A stretch of DNA of 63,138 bases, the filler included, from Dugesia japonica (taxonomy: Eukaryota), in assembly GCA_001938525.1 (NCBI GenBank). It is 6 parts of 6 records of this genome, joined end to end, with 100 filler letters (N's around TTAATTAATTAA, not from the genome) between each part and the next. Parts side by side here need not be neighbours in the genome. Positions count along the whole stretch, not along the records: positions 17,125 to 26,264 come from MQRL01584142.1; positions 26,365 to 42,556 come from MQRL01623036.1; 4 more parts are not named here. One strand, 5' to 3'. The notes beneath the pieces were generated by a model. It was not told the DNA's origin. It did not search any database and worked only from the letters and a program-made list of their open reading frames with translations. A program made the translations under genes and the position numbers. Positions 25,856 to 37,800 of this stretch are shown here, in pieces (positions within the stretch are counted from its first letter, which is position 1; every line of letters starts with the position of its first letter).

Positions 25856-26191
25856 AGTAGAGGGATTTCTACGCCTTTAAGCCTGGAGGTACCCTCCACC
25901 CTAGCGCATATGATATTTATATTTTTTTGTTAATAAAAATCCTACCTCAGTAGAAACAAATCCTCCCTCAACAGAAAATAAATAGTAGTTACATAGGTAA
26001 CAAATCATACCCAAACAAAAGCCCAAAAGGGACCTTAGAAATTTGTCATTTTGAAAAACGAAAAAAATCTCAAGTTTGAATTGTGGATTGTGAATTTTGA
26101 AAAACACACAACACATAAATCTCAGAATAAAAAAATCAGTGCGCATTTATTATAAGCATTTCCCGGCTTAAAATCGTAGAAACTCTCTACT
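25856..26191. mobile_element. MITE-like element with ~31-bp TIRs
   Basis: agtagagggatttctacgcctttaagcctgga versus reverse complement agtagagagtttctacgattttaagccggga; no clear TSD. Confidence 0.65.
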
Positions 26192-26837
26192 TGGCATTGT
26201 AATTATTCTAATACAATTTTCCTATAAGAAATGACTAGTAATAATAATAATTAAGTTTTGAGTGNNNNNNNNNNNNNNNNNNNNNNNNNNNNNNNNNNNN
26301 NNNNNNNNTTAATTAATTAANNNNNNNNNNNNNNNNNNNNNNNNNNNNNNNNNNNNNNNNNNNNTAAGCCCACATAAAGTGCTTTTAAATTATTCTGGAA
26401 TCCCTAAACCACGAAGGATCGAGTGGTTCAAAAACCAGATTTTCAAAAGGAATAAAAAGGAGGAATGTTAGGTATAATATTTAAATATATTTGTTTAAAT
26501 ATTATTGATTTATTTAATTTTAATAAACTTTGAAAATGTCTACTTTTGAATTACAAACTCTAACTAATATCATTAGTATTATTTATTGTGATTATTATTT
26601 TTATTATTATTATCATTAATAATATTTTTATTATAATTAACCCAATCTCGCTATATTTATAAATCAATTAATTTATCTATTAAAAATTTATTAAAAATAT
26701 TTAACTTAAAATTTTAATAAAATTAAGCTTTATTTAGTACTTTGAAGTAGTTATCGAGCTAAACAATATTAAAGTTTGAATAAATTAAAAAGCTTCGATC
26801 AAAATATAGTTTGTTTTAATATTCTATTAGTTGTTAG

Positions 26838-26875
26838 TAATTCGAATTTTCAACAATTGTCTTCTTCAGAAATTA
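26838..26875 (-). ncRNA. Minimal hammerhead motif, same repeat family
   Basis: taattt-CTGAAGA-a-gac-aatt-gtt-GAAA-at-TC-gaatta; helix III palindrome is AAUU here. Confidence 0.72.
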
Positions 26876-27044
26876 ATGAAAGTTATAATAATGAAGCAAA
26901 ATTTACTTCAACAAATGTTTTATGTAGATCTTTTAAATGTGAGAATATTTAATTTTCTAAAACCATCTCTGAATGGTACGCTAAGCTGCAGTATCTGTTC
27001 CACAAGCTTCGTTTACATTTTTAGTTGTTTCTGTTGCATTGTGA

Positions 27045-28492
27045 CCGAGTTTAAACTCGTGAAGTATAATGACAAGGAAAGCTATTCTGTCCATGGTAAC
27101 TAGTTCGTTCACTTATAACGAAAAATTATTATAATATCCGTGCAAAATCTTTCCAATATATGAAATAGATATTTTTCATAGATATTCTTGAAATTCTGGA
27201 CTATTGAAAAATCCACCATTACTTTTTGAATGACCTAATATGTGAACTCAACTTTGGTGTAAAGTAAAAGAATCTAGCACGATAGTATTGTGTTTATCAA
27301 CAATCACTATCATAAAAGTTTAACGGAATATAATAATGGATGGATTAGCCAATAGACCTAAGAGATTCTTACTTTAATGTGAAAGACTCAAAACTGATCA
27401 GTTGGTTCAATATCCAAAGAGAAACAAATGTGCTGTTAAGCGGCCATATTCCTTATGTGAATGCCGATGAAATCGCTGAGCAAAAAGATATTCAAACATT
27501 CAAATGAAGTTAATGTTGGATCAAAAAAATACATTAAATCCTATTCCAAACTATTAATGGATAGTGTAACGCAGTTGATCAATCAACAGTTAATGATAAG
27601 CTACAAAACGAATTACTAAAAATAACTGCAGAATATAATTACAAAAATATTTTAATGCTGATTTGTTTTTTAGTGTGCTACTTAATAAAATTCTAGCAGT
27701 CAAAAAGGAATCATATCACGGTGGTAATTTATCTAAATGAAGACTTAAAGTGATTCTTTGTGTAATTTTAACTGATGAAAAATGAACACCTATCATTATT
27801 GAAAAATATTTAAGGCCAAAACNNNNNNNNNNNNNNNNNNNNNNNNNNNNNNNNNNNNNNNNNNNNNNNNNNNNNGTATGAAAAACGATAATATAAAGGT
27901 AGAAATGATGAAGCTGGGCTAAGAATTAATGATTAAAAGAAAAATTTTATTTTTCGTTGATAGGCGTCTTGAAAATCCTAATATTAATAAATTGCTTAAA
28001 AACATTAAACTATATTTTCTGCCACAAGATACCACCAGTGTTTTGGATCCTATGGACACTGGGATTATGAAGAATTTCAAAAAATATAATAAATCAATAA
28101 TACTCGAGATAATACGAACACTTGATACAACAGGGAATGAGTTTAAATCCAGTATTTTTGACAAATGCATGATAAATAGTTTCTCTTCAAAAAATTAAAC
28201 ATTTATTCCATCATTCAATTTTATCTAAAGTTGGAATAGAAATTGGTAGCAATATAAGTGTTGAAACGATCCCTGAAATGATGACAGATGAAACTGTGGA
28301 TCTTTTCTGAAGCAAGCAATAATTGATAGAATATATTGCTATTGGTCGAAATGTACTTTGCAACTCGATTAACAATATAGAAGAAATTTATTATTAATTT
28401 ATTTTTATTTATGCCAGTTAAAGTGAAACTCCAGTTATTGTGAACTAAACACTTTAGTCCCCAAAACACCCACTATAACCGATTATAATTGT
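27045..28492 (+). mobile_element. Tigger/pogo DNA transposon, decayed (ends approximate)
   Basis: CENP-B HTH LISWFNIQRETNVLLSG; IFNAD; KESYHGGNLSK.RL; RKILFFVD...IKLYFLPQDTTSVLDPMDTGI. Confidence 0.88.
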
Positions 28493-28745
28493 AATTGTAA
28501 AATTAATTAATTAAATTAACAATTATTACTAATTCAATTAGTCAAAATGGATTATCAACTTAAATAGTAAAGATATTTAAATAATTTAAAAATACACACA
28601 TACAGGAAATTTTTAAACAAATGATAAATTTTATGTTTTTTGATGGTTTATCATATTTATTGTTATTTTTTATGCATTTATTATAAAATGTTTGAAAAAT
28701 TTAATTGATTATTGAAGTTACACTGTAATAATGTAAAATCCATTA

Positions 28746-29808
28746 GATCTAGATTAAATTATGGGAGTTAAATTAACAAAAAAATGAAAGGATTAAATTA
28801 GTTCTAATAAGTAGCCAACCAGGTTCTTCCAATCGATCAATAGCTATTGATTTTAATTTAAAATACCCAGACAACTCTTGGAGGCTAATAAAACGTTTCA
28901 AAGAAACATGAAGTGTAGGAGATAAACCCCGAACAAGCCACACACAAGTAGTATAGCAAATGTGACAATGATTTTGGGTGAAGTCGCTATGACTCCAAAG
29001 AGGTCTTTACGAAAACTTGCTCAAGCGAAATGTGTTAACAGTTGGTCCACCACACAAATTATTAAAGAAAGATAACTTTCATACATATAAAGTGCAGTTC
29101 GTTCAAGAATTGTATTGCGATGATACGGATCGTCGTATGGAATTCTGCCAATGGTTCTTAAAACAGAAAAACATCATCTCTAACATTGTATTTAGTGACG
29201 AAACCTCATTTTATCTCAGTGGTAATGTCAATAGGCGCCTGACGTAAACTGTCATTAGATGGAAGCAACTCATTTGCACCATGACTCTAAAATAACGGTG
29301 TACGCTGCATCGTTGGGTGAAGAGCTTATTGGTCCATACTTTTTTGATGTTACTGTCACGGGAGAAAGTTATCTGCAAATGTTACAGACATTCTTAATTC
29401 TTATTTTGAACAAGTGTCAATTGCAAAAACGAGCAAAAACGTTCGCAATTTTTCGAATGTTTCATTTTCAAACAAGTTGATAGGACGGGGTGGTACTGTA
29501 GAATGGCCACTTAGGTTTCCAGATCTTACGCCTTTCTACTTCTTTATGAGGGGCCACCTGAAGTCCATTGTTTTTGTAAACCATCCTAGATTTGAAAGAA
29601 AACATAATATTGGAAGGCGCAAAGATCAATGTTCAGGTGTTACAGAATGTTCGGAATTTTTGTGTACGTTGAATTTTAAAGTGTACAGATGTTCAAGGTC
29701 ATCAGTTTGAACATTTTTTGAAATAAACTGCTATTTTTATAATNAAGAAAAACTTCCTATGGTTTCATTTATTTTTTTGTTAATTTAGCTTCCATAATTT
29801 ATTCTAGA
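28746..29808 (+). mobile_element. Tc1/mariner-superfamily element (DUF4817-type), decayed
   Basis: YKVQFVQEL..DD..RRMEFC, IVFSDETSFYLSGNVN, LIGPYFF, IGRGG...WPLRFPDLTP; ~45-bp inverted repeats at both ends. Confidence 0.88.
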
Positions 29809-30439
29809 TAAAATATAATTAATATTGTTGTAACGAAAGTTCTGTCTACATATTTGAAGGAAAATTGTAAGATATAATAACTTTTATTTATTTTGATAAA
29901 TCTATAATAAATCAATGAGAAATAGCTAAGTAATCTCTTCTTTCATGCTATGCAATAATTATCAAAATAAATCACTTTAGTGTCGCAAAAATGTGCGTTC
30001 AAAATAAAAAGCACATACGACATGTTTTGTTGTATGATTTTCAGCAGGGAATACTGCAAGTTTAGCGGCAAAATCACTCAAAAGCACATGGAAATATTGT
30101 GGTAAATGAAAGAACATGCAGAAGACATTTTCAAACATTTTAATAAATCCATAAAAAATAATAATAAATATGATAAACCATAAACAATTATAAATTTTAT
30201 CTTTTTTATTAAAATCTTACATGCCCCTCGAAATGATTTGAGATTGATAAAAAATGTTAAATTGGTTAGATGATCATCTATAAAATAGCTAAATCCTCCT
30301 TCCAAGTCCTGAAGTTTATTTAAATTTTCATAAAGCATAGGAACTGTTATTCCATGTCTAAAGTATTATAATAAAATCAAAATGTAAACTAAATATATGT
30401 GAAAAACTCAATATAATCACTTGAAAATATAAATAAATA

Positions 30440-31343
30440 TTAGGTTGTACAAAAAGTTCTGTTACAGCGGGGAAAAAATACAAAAACAATATTTTATTGA
30501 GTTTAAAAACAATAACAACTATTCAAAATACAGTCCATCATTATTTTACTTATCTGAGCTGTATCGTAAATGTGATAAAACCTCGAGACCATCTAACTTT
30601 TCAAATTTCTCAAAAGTTTTCTAGGCAATGTGTGGCTTAGCGTAGTCCTGATGAAACAAGCGCACTTCCGATGGACTAAAATCGGATACTTATCCAGCAA
30701 TTTATCTTAAAAACTGCTAAGTTGCTGACAGTAGAGTTCAGCATCGGTAGCACGACCATTCAAAATTACTTAGACGTACACAAAGCTTTCAAAGTTCCAG
30801 CAGACACAAATCATGAACTTCTTGCTAAATTAAATCTGATGTAGAACTGACGCTGTTGTCTGGCTTTGTAGAACCCAGCATATGTTTCATTGTGATTAAC
30901 TAGAATGACCTACTTNTCGTCCAAGGTCACAATCTGTTTCCATAATCAATCTTCCAATGTATTTGACAGCTGACCGGAGCAAGACTGCTCGGTAGACTAA
31001 TATTGCCTGATCCAAATTTCTTGTACCACATTGACACAGTCACGTGACTAACAGATTTTTTCCCCTCAGTATCACATATCTCTTTTGAAACATCTCTTGT
31101 TACAGCAATATCTGATCAAAACTCGAAGTTCAATTTTAACATTTGGTATTTTTATTCAACTTATAAATAATTTATTAATATTATATTATACTTGTAATCA
31201 TTGCGACGATTATTTTTCGATTAATTAACTATTAAAGTTAATGCAAGTAAAGCATTTAAACCAAATTGCATTTGAAACAAAATATAATAATATATGTAAA
31301 TTGAATTTCTTGAAGCTGTAACATAACTTTTGGGACAACCGAA
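30440..31343 (-). mobile_element. Mariner-like element with internal deletion
   Basis: TIRs ttaggttgtacaaaaagttctgttacagc / ttcggttgtcccaaaagttatgttacagc, TA flanks; IVTLDE, FMICVCWN, FHQDYAKPH. Confidence 0.9.
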
Positions 31344-31846
31344 TAATATACGTTCAATTTAAATCTTGGCGGGAATAAATAAATCANNNNNNNNNNNNNN
31401 NNNNNNNNNNNNNNNNNNNNNNNNNNNNNNNNNNNNNNNNNNNAAAAAATATTATTTGTTTAAAATATGCAAGAATATTGAAGTCAAAATTCAGTTTATT
31501 ATGATAAGCACAGTAAATGTTTATCTAGTTATTGCTATTGACATACGTTGACAATCATCAGACTTTTCATAACATTGAAAAAACCAAGGTTCGTAATAAT
31601 ATAATAAAAGCATTTCAATTTATAAAATGCCTAATCCAGCCAGCTTTCGACTAATGTTGTTTTTATTTACTTTTTTTGGAAATTAATAACATTATATTTG
31701 AATACTTCATATCAAAGGTTAAAATAAAAGAATATTGTGAAAAAAGGAAGTTTTATTTTAAATAAATGAGCATTTTTAAAATGTTTAATTTATTGAATTC
31801 ATATAAATACAATAACTAGAATTAATTAATATCAAAGAAAAATTAC

Positions 31847-34800
31847 TTAAGAAATGAGTCCTTTGTAATAATTATATATCCACGAATCTTAGTACAATTC
31901 TTTAACATCTTCAGGACTTCTGATGTTAGGTAATGATCATTTGTTACGTGATTTGGAACTTTCATTAGGTCACAAGCTAAATATACATTCAAAAATACAG
32001 CAAATAAATATTCAATTGATTATAAATCAACAAGTAGATTCCACCATAAATAAAAAGACAAAACAATTAAAATCATTAAACGTTTTTGAAATAAAAAAAT
32101 AAAGATCAAATTTTAAACACGTTATTGTAAATTCACTTACGAAGATCATTTTTCGTACACATGTCACCGTAGCATTTAATACAATGATTAGATTGGTTTT
32201 TGAAATAACCTTCACTGCATCTATGCACACAGGTAGATTCTTCGGGCAACATTATCGCTGGAAAAAAATAAATCAGATATTATTTTCAACCATTTTAAAA
32301 TTAAATTTTCATGAAGTACTGCAGTAATACAGTAATAATATGTGTTTATTAATAAAATGAGTATAAATACATAGTTTGAAATAGATTTTTCGCCCAATGA
32401 ACTTAAAATTCTCTTTAAAATAAAAATTCCATTACCAGGATTCAGATTACCACCTTGTAGATTACACACGAGCATTATTACATTAGGACTACGGATGTTC
32501 ATTGCAACAACTAATAATTTATTAAACTTTTATAATAAAAATATTTTTCCAATAAATAGTGAATTTGAGTATCGGGAGTAATTAAATAGAAAATTTATTG
32601 ACAATTACAAAGATACAATTTTTAATTAGATAATCTTTGATTTTTATCATTAAAAGAAAAATCCGATAGAGAAAAAGTTTTTTCCTGGCAAATTACAGTA
32701 TTTAACAAAAGTGATATATGTAAGGCATTTGATAACATATATGATGTTTATAGGAAAAAGAGATATATAATGACACAATAACTTTATTAATGAAAAATTC
32801 TACAAGGATGAAAATTTATTAATTCCTTAATAGTTTTATTCAAAGAAGCCACCATCAGCCTAAAAAACTGCTTTTACACGAGATCGAAATTGTTTACAAG
32901 CTTTAATTAAATGGGTTTGGTTCATATTCGACATAACTTTCACTATGGTGTTATTCAGAGAATCTATAGTGTTATGAGAATGCTCCTCGATCTCTTTCTC
33001 GATAACGCTCGTATGTAGGTAGTTAAGAAACCAAATAAAATTTTAATTTAAGCATTAATTTAGGTTTGTGTGATGGTACAGAGATTTGTTGAAAAATATA
33101 AGATCTTCCATTTCATACTGAATCTATCCAAGGTTTAACAACATTTTCCAGGACCTCAATATAAGCAGCAAATTCCACTGTAATACCTTGTGGAAAGTGA
33201 GGAGGCATCACGTGTCATACATTGCTGACTATCCCTAAAACCATGACAGTTGCAAGACATGTGTTGTGCATTACTTTCAGAACTTCATTAGAGTCTCTAC
33301 ATAACCAATGATTATCTATCCCGTTAATCTTCTTATCTTGGTCAAAGTTTTTTCATCCAAGAAAAACTAAATCGCATCTTTTCTGCTGGTTTTTTGATTT
33401 TGCTTAAGAGTCTTTTTGATCTGATTAACCGATTTTCATTTTTGTTTTTTCAGACTGAAATTGTACTTTCGTCAGCACATAAGACTTATATCCGATGTTT
33501 TCATGGACAATATTTCTGATTGTTTCTTCTGAGACCTTGAGACTTTTAGCAAGTGATCTCATGGATATTCTGGGATTGTCAACAACGGTCTGCTTAACGA
33601 ATTGGATAAATATCAGCTTTTCTGACGATTTCAGAGCAGTTGTTATGCTTTTCGTTGATATATTTTCATTTTTGTTTTCTAGCACTTTACGAATAATCAA
33701 AACAAAAGATCTGACGACTATTAAAAAGTCGCCCGATTTCTAAATCGATATGATTAGATTGTAAAGCCACAATTACAGCATGCCTTTTCATTTCATTAGT
33801 AATTTGAATGTCTACCATTAGTCTATTTACTATTCAATAAAACAAATTTTACAAGAAATGCATTAATAAATAATATACAAATGTAACATCAAATTTATAT
33901 TCACAAACACCTTACGCACCCTAATTTTTTGTGCTATTCATTTGAATTAGTCATAATTAATTTTGGACTTATGGAAAAATGTCATTTTTTAGTGGTCTAC
34001 TATATAACTAGCTACCAACTTTAGATAAAGAAGTTTAGATTTACTCTAATTATTTTCATTACAGATTGAAAATTAAAAAGCGCCGCAAGCGCCTCAAAAT
34101 AAATTAGTATATATATCCAAAAGTCTTTGTGGTTGAATAATTGTATGGAACCTTGACTTGATTTTTCCGAAAGTAAGCCAAGTATTTGATATTGGAAAAT
34201 ATATAACTTTTTCCATATACTGTCAATGTTGTCATATTTAGACAATTATTCAATTTTTCATAACATTTTGTTATGAAATCTCGAAAAACTCTCTTAAATT
34301 ATTTAAATAATCCTTTTAATGTACTTTTAGAAAATCTGTAATAATTATATGCAATTATACAATTCTAAGCAATTAGTGATTGTTTTTTTATAAAAAGTAA
34401 TAATATTCCTTTCAATTATTATAAGTNNNNNNNNNNNNNNNNNNNNNNNNNNNNNNNNNNNNNNNNNNNNNNNNNNNNNNNNNNNNNNNNNNNNNNNNNN
34501 NNNNNNNNNNNNNNNNNNNNNNNNNNNNNNNNNNNNNNNNNNNNNNNNNNNNNNNNNNNNNNNNNNNNNNNNNNNNNNNNNNNNNNAAATTGAAAATATT
34601 AATACAAAATTAACAAATAAAATTTACATGGACAAGATTTAGAGCAAAAGAATCCTGCGTGATACTTGAAATCTTTATTTGTCGTTGAACCGGCAATTCC
34701 TCCAGAATACGGACCAGGACACATGTCTACACATTTATTTTCATTAAGCATATTTTTACACGACTAAAATTTAAAACTTAATTTCAAAATTTATTAATTC

Positions 34801-37800
34801 AACTGTACTAACTATGCATTTTGTTCCACCGCCACCAGAGCACCCTCCAACACATTGATCAATACAACAACCTAATTCCTCTCCATTAAAAAAATGGCAC
34901 ATAGTACATTCAGTATGATATTTAACGTTACACAAAGTTTCTAAAAAATATTAAAAATTGTGTATTATTTACAAAATTATTAAATGAATCTCTTGTAATT
35001 TTAAATAGCAGTAAAAAATGCATTTCCATTTTTGAATAAATGATATAAAATCGATTAATAAATAAATTTCTAAGGTTATTTTCAATTGTATTTGTTGCAA
35101 TAAATATATTTTTCTGGTATAAATAAAAATATTAAAATGAGTTTATATAAACTAGATTTTAATAATAATTTACAATTTACTCGTGCAATATTTAAAAATG
35201 ATTTACTTAAAATATCAACATCATCGGGAACATTATCCAATTTGATGAAAGCAGGTGATATAGTTTTTTAAACTTCTAACCTATTACATATTTGTAATGG
35301 AAAATTATTAGGTTTAGATAGATAGGATCTCACTGTACCAAATTTCCCTCGCCAGGCAAAATGAGTAAAATTAATAATTTGTTTAAATTAAATTAATTTT
35401 AATGATTTTTAAGGAAATTTTTTTTACAGATAATCGGTGGAAAAGCCTATTTTCGTTTAAAAAACCAAACTTTTTAAGTTAATATTAATGTTAATATCAG
35501 TTGCTATTCGTGATGATCAGCTACTCTCTCGAATAATTAGCTGCTTTCCCGGATTATTAGCCCTTATCCCAAATAATCAGCTTCTCCACCGAACAATATA
35601 AATACTATAAAAAAATAGTTACTGCAGGATTTCAGTTCTTTCTTCATGCGATTATTATTCTCGCAATAATTGCAATTGTAATATATATATATATATATAT
35701 AATTAATAATGTTCTGTGGAAAAGCTAATTATCTGGAGGAACAGCGAATTATCCGGGTGAGCAGCTAATAATGCGGGATAGCAACTAAGAACCCTAGGGA
35801 AAGCTAATGTTAATGTTAACATTGCCCGGAGGGCGGCTAATATTAATATTGTACGAGAAAAATTCGCTTAATTACTTATAAATTTGAAAATTTTGGTTTA
35901 TTTAAAGAAACTAGGCTTTCCGCCGATTTTGTGTCAACAAATTCCACGAAAATCATTTTTACTTTATTTAAACAAAAAGCATTAAATTAATTCAATTTAG
36001 ACAAAAAATGAATCTCTGAGGATTATTTAACGTTTATATTCATGTATGGTTTGTAGTCGTTATATTTATACATTATTTCTGGCCGAGTTATTGTACCTTA
36101 TATTAGTCTTTTATAATTTATATTATTTTATTAAATTTGTTTTTATTATATTAAATACGTTTGTTGACCCAAAGTTTGCCGAGTTGTGTGGCAACAGGTT
36201 GGGTGTACGAAGATTAATGTATTCAAATATATTTTTAGCAAAATAGCAAATGAAAAATAAAAATTCGAAACCAAATCAACTATATTATTTAACAAAGTAA
36301 ATGTAAATTTCTCGGTGTNNNNNNNNNNNNNNNNNNNNNNNNNNNNNNNNNNNNNNNNNNNNNNNNNNNNNNNNNNNNNNNNNNNNNNNNNNNNNNNNNT
36401 TTGCAGGTTTTCAGAATAATTTATTCAAAACCAACTTAAATGATGGATTTGGTTATTAATTTTCAAAACTTTTACAAAAAATAAAAAAAGTAAAAATAAA
36501 ACCATTACAGTTTACATAGTTATTACGAAATACTAAATTTGAGATATCATCGGTGCAAACGGATTACATAATAAAATATATAAACTTCCTCACCAGTTGT
36601 TGCGTATCACGTAATCGGATAAAACAAGTCTGATTGGTGGGCGAAGGAGAGGGGAAATTCGTACAATGTACTCCAATTTATCTACTATTAGTGCGTCTAA
36701 TTAAAAATGAGTGTTTGCTACAATGACTTAAATTAAAGATAACCGTGTTGAGTTTGAATTAAAACAAATTATTCATTATTGTTTAATAATCTGCAAACCT
36801 TTCTGAATAAATAAGTTTATTTTATTTTTACTGACATTGCTTTAATTTGACATTTTTAGCGCCAAAGATTACAGTAAAATATGAAATTTTGGTAATTTTT
36901 TTACATTATTGGAAACAAAAGATGTCTGCTTCCGAAGCTACCCGGTTTATCGCATAGCAAAAGGCTCGGGTGAAATTAAGAAAAGCACAGCAAGACGGTT
37001 GTTCATCAAGTTCAACAACGCCTGAACGCAAATCATGCTCTGATAGAATGGGTCTATTAGAAGAAAGTGTTTTGCAAGAGTATGTAAAATCCGATCTATC
37101 TCTTTCTACACATCAAATGCAGGAACACTCAGCTCTTCAAAATTAGTCATCTTTCGATATCTATGCACAGTGGGCAAAAAATATAGTGCTTCTAAAATGG
37201 ATCTTTAGGAACTAATGGATGTTCCAGAGAACAAACGACTTCAAATTTGAAAAATGTTAATAAATAACTCATTAGACGAAGGGTTTTTTAAAAGTATTGT
37301 TACAATTTACGAAAAGTGGGTATTGTTTAACAATCCTGACAAAAGATGACAATAGCTATCGACAAATGAATCACCTATTTTTATTTCAATCCACCGATTT
37401 GAAAAAAAGATAATCATTTCTGATTTTGGGAATTGTGATGGCATCTTGTTTTTTGAACTTCTTTCAGATATTCAAAGTATAAACTCCGATATTTACTCAA
37501 CACAGTTAGAAATACTTCAAGAAGTTATGAAAGCAAAGTATCCTCATTTAATTAACCGGAAGAAATTTTTGTTATAAACAAACAATACTAGGCCACATTT
37601 CTTACGATATCAACGGAAACTATAAACAGTCTTGACGGAATTGAGATACTACCACATCCATAACACTTGCTTGTGGTTTCTGCCTTTCATATGTTTCGAC
37701 CGATGGTACATTTTTCCGAGAGCAGGGCTTTTTTCGAATAAACTTAACCTTCAGAATAACGTCACAATTTTCTTTAACTCAAAATCTTCGGATTAGTACA

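Noticed and set aside
31545-31650. Next egfr exon
   Set aside because: The required phase hits a stop after nine codons and shows no L-domain similarity
32027-32502. ORF-track proteins of 67 and 93 aa
   Set aside because: Wrong frames overlapping the real egfr exon 32257-32141 and its introns
34628-34940. Insulin receptor or furin assignment for the Cys-rich exons
   Set aside because: Cys spacing, KY..G..C.K.CP and the following NCTKIRG L-domain start fit EGFR better
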